DNA of 63,266 bases, the filler included, from Octopus bimaculoides (Eukaryota): the NCBI RefSeq assembly GCF_001194135.2. It is 7 parts of 7 records of this genome, joined end to end, with 100 filler letters (N's around TTAATTAATTAA, not from the genome) between each part and the next. Parts side by side here need not be neighbours in the genome. Positions count along the whole stretch, not along the records: positions 30,654 to 44,541 come from NC_069008.1; 6 more parts are not named here. One strand, 5' to 3'. The position numbers and the translations under genes are program-made. Under the pieces are notes generated by a model. It was not told the origin of the DNA, searched no databases, and saw only the letters and a list, made by a program, of their open reading frames with translations. Below are positions 35,325 to 44,641 of the stretch, one piece after another. Within the stretch, counting starts at the first letter, position 1; each line of letters begins with the position of its first letter.

Positions 35325-36596
35325 TCAAGAATGAATCCTTTTGTGATTCTTTAATTTACTAGAAGACACAAAATATTTCTCACATATTTCACATTGGAAT
35401 GGTTTTTCTCCTGTATGTCGACGTTTGTGCTCAATTAGATGAGAATTTTGAGTGAACGATTTCCCACATGTTTCACAATGGAATGGTCTTTCTCCAGTAT
35501 GTGTTCTTTTGTGTTGTGTTAGGACATAACTAGAAGCAAAAGAATTCCCACATATCTCACACTGGAATGGCTTTTCTCCCGTATGACTGCGTTTGTGAAC
35601 TGTAAGATGAGATTTATGAAGAAAGGATTTCCCACATGTTTCACAATTATTCTGTTTTATTCCAGTGTGCATACTTTTGTGGCTTGCAAGACTAGAATTA
35701 TCAGAGAAAGATTTCCCACATATTTCACAATGAAATGGTCTCTCTCCAGTATGTATTCTTACATGTCTGTTTAAATCACAATTATAAGCGAAACATTTCC
35801 CACATATTTCACAACGGAAAGGTTTCTCCCCAGTGTGTACTTTTCTATGTCTTGATAGGACGCTACAAGAACCAAAAAATTTCTCACACATTTCACACTG
35901 GAATGGTTTTTCTCCAGTATGTATTCTTTTGTGTGTTGTTAGCAAACTACTGGAAACAAAAGACTTCTCACACATTTCACACTGGAATGGTCTTTCTCCG
36001 GTGTGACTTCGTTTATGAACTATAAGATAAGCATTTCGAGAGAAAGATTTCCCACATATTTCACAATGAGGTTTTTCCCCAGTGTGTAGAATATTGTGTG
36101 TTGTAAGTTGTTGTTTATAAGCAAAATATTTCCCACATATTTCACATTGGAATGGTTTTTCTCCAGTATGTATTCGTATGTGTGTTGCCAGAATGCTACT
36201 AGAACCAAAAGATTTATCGCATATTTCGCAATGGTAAGGTTTTTCTCCAGTGTGACAACGGTTGTGAACAAGATAAGCATTCTGAGCGATAGATTTCTCA
36301 CAAATTTCACAGTCAAAACGTTTTTCATCAATGTGACTACGTTCGTGATCCACAATATTGGTGTTTCTAAGAAATGGTTTCTCACATATTTTACAATGGA
36401 ACAGGTTTTCCTTACTGTGTACCTCCTTGTGTGTGAAGTCTTCGTGTTCGACAGGGAACGTCTTCCGACAAATCTCGCTGCGATATTCAGGAACATTTCT
36501 GTCTTCAGCTTTCTCATCTCCGATCTTCTTTCTTTTTGTATCTATATTGTTAAAAACAGTTGCGTTAGAAATGTCCAAATGATTAACGTTCTCCAT
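35325..36596 (-). CDS. C2H2 zinc-finger protein, 423 aa, 14 finger units, finger 1 degenerate (ZNF-2)
   Basis: Paralogous leader MENVNHLDISNATVF and TGEKP/TGERP linkers. Finger 1 reads YRSEIC (Cys>Ser). Two in-frame one-codon deletions (finger 3, and the linker before finger 6). Confidence 0.92.
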   Translation of the reverse strand: MENVNHLDISNATVFNNIDTKRKKIGDEKAEDRNVPEYRSEICRKTFPVEHEDFTHKEVHSKENLFHCKICEKPFLRNTNIVDHERSHIDEKRFDCEICEKSIAQNAYLVHNRCHTGEKPYHCEICDKSFGSSSILATHIRIHTGEKPFQCEICGKYFAYKQQLTTHNILHTGEKPHCEICGKSFSRNAYLIVHKRSHTGERPFQCEMCEKSFVSSSLLTTHKRIHTGEKPFQCEMCEKFFGSCSVLSRHRKVHTGEKPFRCEICGKCFAYNCDLNRHVRIHTGERPFHCEICGKSFSDNSSLASHKSMHTGIKQNNCETCGKSFLHKSHLTVHKRSHTGEKPFQCEICGNSFASSYVLTQHKRTHTGERPFHCETCGKSFTQNSHLIEHKRRHTGEKPFQCEICEKYFVSSSKLKNHKRIHS

Positions 36597-36707
36597 ATTA
36601 ATTTTTGAGCAATTCTTAAAAAGCAGACAAGTGTCTGCGAATTTGAAAATCGAAGAAAAGACGAGGAAAGTTCATTGATTGATTGATTTGTTATTGATTA
36701 TGTCATT

Positions 36708-36738
36708 ACCCCTGTCCTGTAAAATAGGGAACAACCAT
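36708..36738 (-). other. 3' splice acceptor upstream of ZNF-2 (AG at 36718-36717)
   Basis: Same CCCTATTTTACAG|GACAGG motif. Confidence 0.75.
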
Positions 36739-37337
36739 TTAACGATCTAAAGCCGTGAAGGAACACCGTCTCTGATATATGTACGTCGCCCTATCCTATC
36801 CACAAACATTACCGTTCACTTTAACACGAGATCAGCTCAGTTAATTAGAAACACGGTTATGCGGTGTCGTTAATAATTATTTCCCTTGTTTCGATGAAAC
36901 CGGTGACATACGTTTTTAAGTTCTCGATATAATATAACACACACAGAAATTTTTTTAATTGTATCCAGTATCACGCAACACAAAATACTGTTACTGACGA
37001 AGGAGTGAGACCCTGTGTGGTCTTTCGATCTTCTAGAAATAACAGCCAAGTCTCCTTCAAATCATACGATGTTGTCTTAATAAAGGGAAGGAGGCGTTAT
37101 ATAGTGCACTGGTAAATAAGCACAAAAATAAAAAGACATCCAAATAAAATGGTTACGGTAGGAACGTATTTTATCGTTGGTTTTCTGGATACGTTGTTAT
37201 GGCTCATTAAAAATTTGTTTCACTTGTAATAAAAAAAGAAAAGAAAAAAGAAAACCAACTACGAAAACATTTAATTTCTTTCAACAATTTACGTTCGATT
37301 CAACCAGAAGAATTCAAAGACATATATATATATATAT

Positions 37338-37650
37338 CATCATCATCGTTTAACGTCCGCTTTCCATGCTAGCATGGGTTGGACGATTTTGACTGATTGG
37401 AGCCTGGTGAAACCAGATGGCTACACCAGGCTCCAATCTGATTTGACAGAGTTTCTACAGCTGGATGCCCTTCCTAACGCCAACCACTCAGGGAGTGTAG
37501 TGGGTACTTTTACGTGTCACCCGCACGAAGGCCAGTCAGGCGGTACTGGCAACAGCCACGCTCAAAATGGTGTATTTTATGTGCCACCCGCCCAAGAGCC
37601 AGTCATGGGGCACTGGCAACGATCTCGCTCGAAAGTCCTTACACATGTCA
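37338..37650 (-). mobile_element. Short non-autonomous retroposon with a (GAT)n 3' tail (RTE-associated type)
   Basis: Minus strand GGTTGGCGTTAGGAAGGGCATCCAGCTGTAGAAACT..CATGGAAAGCGGACGTTAAACGATGATGATG; a degenerate plus-strand relative lies at ~42100-42205. Confidence 0.7.
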
Positions 37651-37908
37651 CATAAACGGATGGCAATTCACTCTCTTTCATTATTTCCTTCTTCCTCTCT
37701 CTCCCTCTATGCGTGTGTGTGTGTGATTTATTTACGTATGTAATACGGTAGCTGAAGAAGTGCTGATTGCTTAATGTGGTTGAAGCTTGCAGAAGAGGGA
37801 GCCCCAAGATGACATAGACTAAAGTGGTGAAGGCTGACCTCAGGACACTAAGCCCTCATGGAAGAGCTGACAACGGGCCAGGATGTTTGGTGATAAGAAG
37901 TTCTCGAG

Positions 37909-38174
37909 AAGGCGGTGAGCTAGCAGAAACGTTAGCACTTTGGGTAAAATGCTTAGCAGTATTTCGCCTGCCGCTACGTTCTGAGTTCAAATTCCGCCGA
38001 GGTCGACTTTGCCTTTCATCCTTTCGGGGTCGATAAATTAAGTACCACTTACGCACTGGGATCAATGTAATCGACTTAATCCCTTTGTCTGTCCTTGTTT
38101 GTCCTCTCTGTGTGTAGCCCCTTGTGGGCAGTAAAGAAATAAGAAACATTAGCACGCCAGGCGAAATGCTTAGC
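37909..38174 (+). mobile_element. SINE family A, young, with a second tandem unit starting at 38142 and running into a gap
   Basis: AAGGCGGTGAGCTAGCAGAAACGTTAGC..GTAAAGAAATA|AGAAACATTAGCACGCCAGGCGAAATGCTTAGC-NNN. Confidence 0.9.
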
Positions 38175-39249
38175 NNNNNNNNNNNNNNNNNNNNNNNNNN
38201 NNNNNNNNNNNNNNNNNNNNNNNNNNNNNNNNNNNNNNNNNNNNNNNNNNNNNNNNNNNNNNNNNNNNNNNNNNNNNNNNNNNNNNNNNNNNNNNNNNNN
38301 NNNNNNNNNNNNNNNNNNNNNNNNNNNNNNNNNNNNNNNNNNNNNNNNNNNNNNNNNNNNNNNNNNNNNNNNNNNNNNNNNNNNNNNNNNNNNNNNNNNN
38401 NNNNNNNNNNNNNNNNNNNNNNNNNNNNNNNNNNNNNNNNNNNNNNNNNNNNNNNNNNNNNNNNNNNNNNNNNNNNNNNNNNNNNNNNNNNNNNNNNNNN
38501 NNNNNNNNNNNNNNNNNNNNNNNNNNNNNNNNNNNNNNNNNNNNNNNNNNNNNNNNNNNNNNNNNNNNNNNNNNNNNNNNNNNNNNNNNNNNNNNNNNNN
38601 NNNNNNNNNNNNNNNNNNNNNNNNNNNNNNNNNNNNNNNNNNNNNNNNNNNNNNNNNNNNNNNNNNNNNNNNNNNNNNNNNNNNNNNNNNNNNNNNNNNN
38701 NNNNNNNNNNNNNNNNNNNNNNNNNNNNNNNNNNNNNNNNNNNNNNNNNNNNNNNNNNNNNNNNNNNNNNNNNNNNNNNNNNNNNNNNNNNNNNNNNNNN
38801 NNNNNNNNNNNNNNNNNNNNNNNNNNNNNNNNNNNNNNNNNNNNNNNNNNNNNNNNNNNNNNNNNNNNNNNNNNNNNNNNNNNNNNNNNNNNTCATCTAT
38901 TTTCTTTGGTTAAGATGTTGAACGAGAATGTTAACTGAAAATTTCAAGAAATAAAATGGTAATACATCGTACCTGCAGAGGTTCTTGTAAAAATATTGCA
39001 TTGTACCACAAACGTGTACCAGACTTTGTGGGCTGTCTCTGATATCTGTTGAACACGAACTTAGCTCTTAGCGTGATTATTCTTAACTGATAGATGATTT
39101 CAAGAAGCAAAAAGTGTGCCGTGTTTGTCTTTGAAAGTTGGATTATTTCTTTAATCATAATTTTGCTGGATCAGCCCTGTCTTATGGTTGAATAATAACA
39201 ACTAGTACTCTTTCAATAATGTTGAGTGGAAAAGGTACACCAATGTGTA

Positions 39250-39885
39250 TTAGAATTAGGGCAAAGAGGGTCAGGAAACTGTGACTGGAAGGGAGTAGGG
39301 GGTGCAAGGGTGGCTATACTTTATTATTCTATAATTTGGGGAAAAGGAATTATGTATATTATTTACAATGGCCGGATAGGTGTCCTCATCTTCTATGTTG
39401 TTATCACAATATTTCAGTTGGTGTACTCTCCAGCCTTCATCAGGTGTTCTAATGGAATTTCGAACCTAAACCTTTATTTGATGAATGGGGAACACTATTC
39501 TCATTCCTAATGTATGTTGCTGATGTTATTTTTCTGTTAATATCATATTTTTCAAGTCCCTGACTGGGATTGAAATTAGAATCCGAGGGTTAGTAACCAG
39601 TGAGCTTATCCACTACACTATTATGCTTGTGAGCATATCAGCCAAAATCTTATGATAACAACAAATTGTAAATAATGGTTATACTTTATTTAATAAAATA
39701 AGTCTTTCTGTGGTGAATTAATTTGGCAAAAAATAGTATCAGCTGACCAGAAAATAAAATCTAATAAATATAACAGTTAGAAGATTTTAATTTCGAATAT
39801 TCACAAAATTTTTACAAAATATTTAATTTGACAAAAATATATTTTGTCACAAAATCCAATGATAAAGTTTCCCATAAATTTCTCA
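39250..39885 (-). pseudogene. 3' end and flank of a probable fourth ZNF paralogue, truncated by an assembly gap
   Basis: Aligns with the ZNF-2 3' flank 35030-35320 (GTGCAAGGGTGG, TTTCTGTGGT, GTTAGAAGATTTTAATTTC). The last bases before the Ns read tga gaa att tat ggg aaa on the minus strand, a decayed CEICGK. Confidence 0.6.
39326..39679 (-). mobile_element. Second, older copy of the hammerhead SINE with an inverted tail fragment
   Basis: Minus strand AACAC CTGATGA A GGCTG..CAACT GAAA TATT GTGAT at 39448-39403; decayed tRNA head ~39560-39620; plus-strand fragment ATATCAGCC...TGTAAATAATG ~39635-39678; 11-bp TSD TATACTTTATT at 39315-39325 and 39680-39690. Confidence 0.7.
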
Positions 39886-40324
39886 NNNNNNNNNNNNNNN
39901 NNNNNNNNNNNNNNNNNNNNNNNNNNNNNNNNNNNNNNNNNNNNNNNNNNNNNNNNNNNNNNNNNNNNNNNNNNNNNNNNNNNNNNNNNNNNNNNNNNNN
40001 NNNNNNNNNNNNNNNNNNNNNNNNNNNNNNNNNNNNNNNNNNNNNNNNNNNNNNNNNNNNNNNNNNNNNNNNNNNNNNNNNNNNNNNNNNNNNNNNNNNN
40101 NNNNNNNNNNNNNNNNNNNNNNNNNNNNNNNNNNNNNNNNNNNNNNNNNNNNNNNNNNNNNNNNNNNNNNNNNNNNNNNNNNNNNNNNNNNNNNNNNNNN
40201 NNNNNNNNNNNNNNGAAGGAAAATTTGCTTTTTAGATTCAATACTCTTGTTTGTTTATGAATTTCATTATTGAAGAATTTCGTTTTTTACAACACTCTAA
40301 TGAATATAAACAATATAATTTTAT

Positions 40325-40552
40325 TTAACCCTTTAGTGTTTAAACCGGCCATATCTGGCCCAGATATTTCTTCTGTTTTATGTTCAAACTGGCCTGATCT
40401 AACCTCTCACACCTACCCTACAATGCCATTCTAAAAATAGACAATAACAGCATCAAAATCTCAAAGTTATGAGACAATATATTATTAATTAAAAACAATA
40501 TGAATAAATAAGTTTTACATTTGACAGAGTAATTTGAACACTAAAGGGTTAA
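40325..40552. mobile_element. TTAA-flanked piggyBac-type MITE, complete
   Basis: TTAA-CCCTTTAGTGTT(40329-40340)...AACACTAAAGGG(40537-40548)-TTAA: perfect 12-bp TIR. Confidence 0.85.
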
Positions 40553-40697
40553 ATGACTTTGAATTTCATGTAGTTTAATTAAAAATATTAAGTGGAGTGA
40601 AGAGATCTGATTTACATGAATGCCTGTCTAGGTATTGATTTGAGGTTTCAACACCAATACCATCACAGAATTTAGATGCCCTTTTGTTCATTTCCCA

Positions 40698-40926
40698 TTA
40701 ACTCTTTCATTACCAACCTGGCTGAAACCACCTCTGGCTCTGTTGTACAAATGTCTTGTTTCCATAAGTTTTGGATTAAAATCTTCCACCAAACCTTAGT
40801 CACAATTTATGTTCCTAACACTAGCTGAATGGTAACTAAGTTATTTTACTAAATTCTTTGTTAGATTTAAAGTAATTAAAAGAAACACAGAGCGTCTCAA
40901 CAGAAATCCTGTAACAAAACAGTTAA
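40698..40926. mobile_element. Second TTAA-flanked piggyBac-type MITE (different family)
   Basis: TTAA-CTCTTTCATTAC ... GTAACAAAACAG-TTAA: degenerate TIRs. Confidence 0.55.
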
Positions 40927-40935
40927 TCCAGCCAT

Positions 40936-41736
40936 ACTCTTTTACTTGTTTCACTCATGCTGTAGCACTGCTTTCAAGGATTTTTTAGTCCAAGAAATCA
41001 ACCCCAGGACTTATTTTTTGTAGGCCTAGTACCTATTCTATCAGTCTCTTTTGCCAGACCACTAAGTTACAGTGGCATAAACGCACCAACACTGGTTGAC
41101 AAGCGATTGATGGGGGGACAAAGTCAGAAAGACATACATCATCATCATCTTAAATGTATATATANNNNNNNNNNNNNNNNNNNNNNNNNNNNNNNNNNNN
41201 NNNNNNNNNNNNNNNNNNNNNNNNNNNNNNNNNNNNNNNNNNNNNNNNNNNNNNNNNNNNNNNNNNNNNNNNNNNNNNNNNNNNNNNNNNNNNNNNNNNN
41301 NNNNNNNNNNNNNNNNNNNNNNNNNNNNNNNNNNNNNNNNNNNNNNNNNNNNNNNNNNNNNNNNNNNNNNNNNNNNNNNNNNNNNNNNNNNNNNNNNNNN
41401 NNNNNNNNNNNNNNNNNNNNNNNNNNNNNNNNNNNNNNNNNNNNNNNNNNNNNNNNNNNNNNNNNNNNNNNNNNNNNNNNNNNNNNNNNNNNNNNNNNNN
41501 NNNNNNNNNNNNNNNNNNNNNNNNNNNNNNNNNNNNNNNNNNNNNNNNNNNNNNNNNNNNNNNNNNNNNNNNNNNNNNNNNNNNNNNNNNNNNNNNNNNN
41601 NNNNNNNNNNNNNNNNNNNNNNNNNNNNNNNNNNNNNNNNNNNNNNNNNNNNNNNNNNNNNNNNNNNNNNNNNNNNNNNNNNNNNNNNNNNNTTAAAACT
41701 ATCGAAAATCAATTCTATTCAAAAATATTTTTATCT

Positions 41737-41775
<39 letters not shown>

Positions 41776-41904
41776 ATGAGCTTCTTTCAGTTTCTGTCTA
41801 CCAAATCCACTCACACAGCCAGTCAAGGTGCCACAAAAGGGGACTGTACCTGGAACATTATGGTTGGGAAGCAAGTTTCTTACCACACAGCCTTGCCTGT
41901 GTCC
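40936..41904 (-). mobile_element. SINE family B, full-length, internal microsatellite expanded into a gap
   Basis: 3' module 40936-41130, (TA)n and Ns, 5' half 41778-41904. Confidence 0.75.
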
Positions 41905-42479
41905 GTTTACGATAATTACATAAGTCTACAAGATTTGTGAGTAGCTGTGAAAGATAGAAACTGAAGGAAGCCCATCAACTGTATAAATGTGTTTCTCTTT
42001 GTCTTGATATAGAATTGTAGTTGTGAGTGTATACAGGAAGTGTCGTTCGTTTCTACTCTTACCTGAAAATCTGATTGGTCAAGAAGAAATATTACTCAGT
42101 AGCAGTGGGAAAAAATGGCAGCAAGAAAGTCACCAGACCACAGAGGAAAAAAATCTACCTGATCCATCGAAGCATGGAAAGGTAGACATGAAAATGCTGA
42201 TGAAGAATTTGATACCTGTATTTTTCTCTTTGTGGTTGATAAAATTGTGTCTCAATCTAAAATAAACAGTGAACGCATCTCACTTCAGATGATATTTGTC
42301 TATTACAAGAACAGAACAAAGAAAATGATTTCTAACATAATTTCATTATCATAAAATGTTCTCCAAAAAAAAAAAAAAATGCATTTATTATATTTCACAA
42401 TTGAAAATGTTTCCATTGAGGGTGAATCCTTTTGTGTTTTGTCATTTTGCTACAACTGACAAACAATTTCCTCCATATT

Positions 42480-43778
42480 CTAGGATAATAGGGTTTTTTG
42501 TCCAGTGTGACTTCGTTTGTGGATAACAACACTAGAACTCTGAGAGAAAGATTTTCCGCATATTTCACAGTGGAAAGGTCTTTCTCCAGTGTGTATCCTT
42601 ATGTGCCTTGTTAAGTCACTGCTAGACACAAACAATGTCCCACATATTTCGCAATGGTAAGGTTTTTCTCCAGTGTGACTACGTTTGTGGATATGAAGAC
42701 TAGAATTTTGAGTGAAAGACTTCCCACATATGTCACACTGATATGGCTTTACCCCAGTGTGACTACGTTTGTGGATATGAAGACTAGAATTTTGACTGAA
42801 AGATTTCCCACATATTTCACAGTGAAAAGGTTTTTCACCAATGTGATTAAGTTTGTGTATTTGAAGACTAGAATTTTGAGTGAAAGATTTCCCACATATT
42901 TCGCAGCAGAAAGGGTTTATTCCAGTGTGTATTCTTAGGTGTTTTTTTAGACCAATATTTGAGACAAAAGTTTTCTCACATATTTGACAATGATATGGTT
43001 TTATTCCAGTGTGCAGTCTTTCATGAACTACAAGTCTAGATTTCTGAGAGAATGATTTTGAACAAATTTCACAATGATATGGTTTTTCTCCAGTGTGTTG
43101 TCTTTCATGGAATGCAAGACTAGATTTGTCAGAGAAAGATTTCCCACATATTTCACAGTGGAAGGGTTTTTCTCCAGTGTGAATTCTTTTATGCCTCGTT
43201 AGATTACTACTCTTCACGAAATATTTCCCACATATTTCACAATAATAGGGCGATTCCCCAATGTGTATACTTTTGTGTGTTGTTAAATTACTATTATTAA
43301 CAAATTTTTTCCCGCATATTTCACAATGATACGGCTTTTCTCCAGTATGTATCCTTTTGTGGATCGTCAAATCACTATTAGAGACAAAAGATTTCCCACA
43401 GATTTCACAATGATAGGGTTTCTCTCCTGTGTGTATTCTTCTGTGTGTTGCTAGGACGCTATTAGAAACAAATGATTTCTCACATATTTCGCATTGGAAT
43501 GGTTTTTCTCCTGTGTGACTACGTTTGTGAACTACAACATGAGAATTCCGGGTGAAAGCTTTCCCACATATTTCACAATGAAACAGTTTTTCCTTCCTAT
43601 GTATTTCTTTGTGTGTGACGACTTCATCTTCTGAAGAGAATGTCTGCCTACAAATCTCACAGCGATATTCAGGAATATTTTTGTCAACGGCTTTCTGATT
43701 TCGGTCTGTTTCTCTAAATGTATCTATATTGCTAAAAACAGTTGCGTTAGAAGTGTCCAAGTGATTAACGTTCTCCAT
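42480..43778 (-). CDS. C2H2 zinc-finger protein, 432 aa, 14 fingers (ZNF-3)
   Basis: Leader MENVNHLDTSNATVF and 14 intact fingers. AATAAA on the minus strand at 42384-42389. Confidence 0.95.
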   Translation of the reverse strand: MENVNHLDTSNATVFSNIDTFRETDRNQKAVDKNIPEYRCEICRQTFSSEDEVVTHKEIHRKEKLFHCEICGKAFTRNSHVVVHKRSHTGEKPFQCEICEKSFVSNSVLATHRRIHTGEKPYHCEICGKSFVSNSDLTIHKRIHTGEKPYHCEICGKKFVNNSNLTTHKSIHIGESPYYCEICGKYFVKSSNLTRHKRIHTGEKPFHCEICGKSFSDKSSLAFHERQHTGEKPYHCEICSKSFSQKSRLVVHERLHTGIKPYHCQICEKTFVSNIGLKKHLRIHTGINPFCCEICGKSFTQNSSLQIHKLNHIGEKPFHCEICGKSFSQNSSLHIHKRSHTGVKPYQCDICGKSFTQNSSLHIHKRSHTGEKPYHCEICGTLFVSSSDLTRHIRIHTGERPFHCEICGKSFSQSSSVVIHKRSHTGQKTLLS

Positions 43779-43993
43779 ATTAATTCTTGAGCAATTCGTA
43801 AAAAAGCTGACAAGTGTCTGCGAGTGTCTATTATTGTCTTAGATATCACAGACTTCTGTTTTCATGTGTGGAACAGATGTAATGTAGATGTATTTTCTAC
43901 TCACCAGTAGAATGTTTGATATAAAGTCCAAATGAAAACTGGAGAAGGATGATGAAAGTTCGTTGATTGATTTGTTGTTGATTAAAAGTCATT

Positions 43994-44024
43994 TCCCCTG
44001 TCCTGTAAAATAGGGAACGACCAA
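43994..44024 (-). other. 3' splice acceptor upstream of ZNF-3 (AG at 44004-44003)
   Basis: Same CCCTATTTTACAG|GACAGG motif. Confidence 0.75.
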
Positions 44025-44641
44025 TTAACGATGCAAACCTGTGATCAAATGGAATATTTAATTACGGAGGTAATGGAACACCGACCCTCAAACATGTAGG
44101 TCGCCCCTGTGTTATCCACAAACATTAACTTTCACCTTAACATGAGGTAATTACCACACATGATATAATTAGCCTTAGCTCACTAATTAAAACCACAAAC
44201 ACAGCAAACGGTGTCGTTAATAAATGTTTCTTTCGTTTGAATGATAGCGGTGACATATTAAAAGTTCCCAATAATATAACAGTCAGATACACCTGCGATT
44301 ATATTAATTTTTATCTTTAATTGTATTGAACATCAAACAACACAATAATTATAACGTACAAAGGAGGGGCTCTCCTCGAGGTCTTCCGATTTTGTAGAAA
44401 TAACAACCAAATCTCCTTCAAATCCCCCCTTTCTGCTTTAACAAAGGCAAAAAGACAGTGGTAATTATATTTTTAAAATCCTAACAAAACAAGTCGCGGA
44501 TGGGACGTATTTTATCGTAGGTTTCCTGCATATGTTATTCTNNNNNNNNNNNNNNNNNNNNNNNNNNNNNNNNNNNNNNNNNNNNTTAATTAATTAANNN
44601 NNNNNNNNNNNNNNNNNNNNNNNNNNNNNNNNNNNNNNNNN

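Noticed and set aside
32841-42938. Short plus-strand and alternate-frame ORFs overlapping the ZNF genes
   Set aside because: Shadow frames of the periodic finger codons, with no independent support.
32400-43700. Regular 84-bp repeats with variable interiors, superficially CRISPR-like
   Set aside because: These are TGEKP linkers and finger scaffolds of the C2H2 arrays; the context is eukaryotic and has no cas genes.
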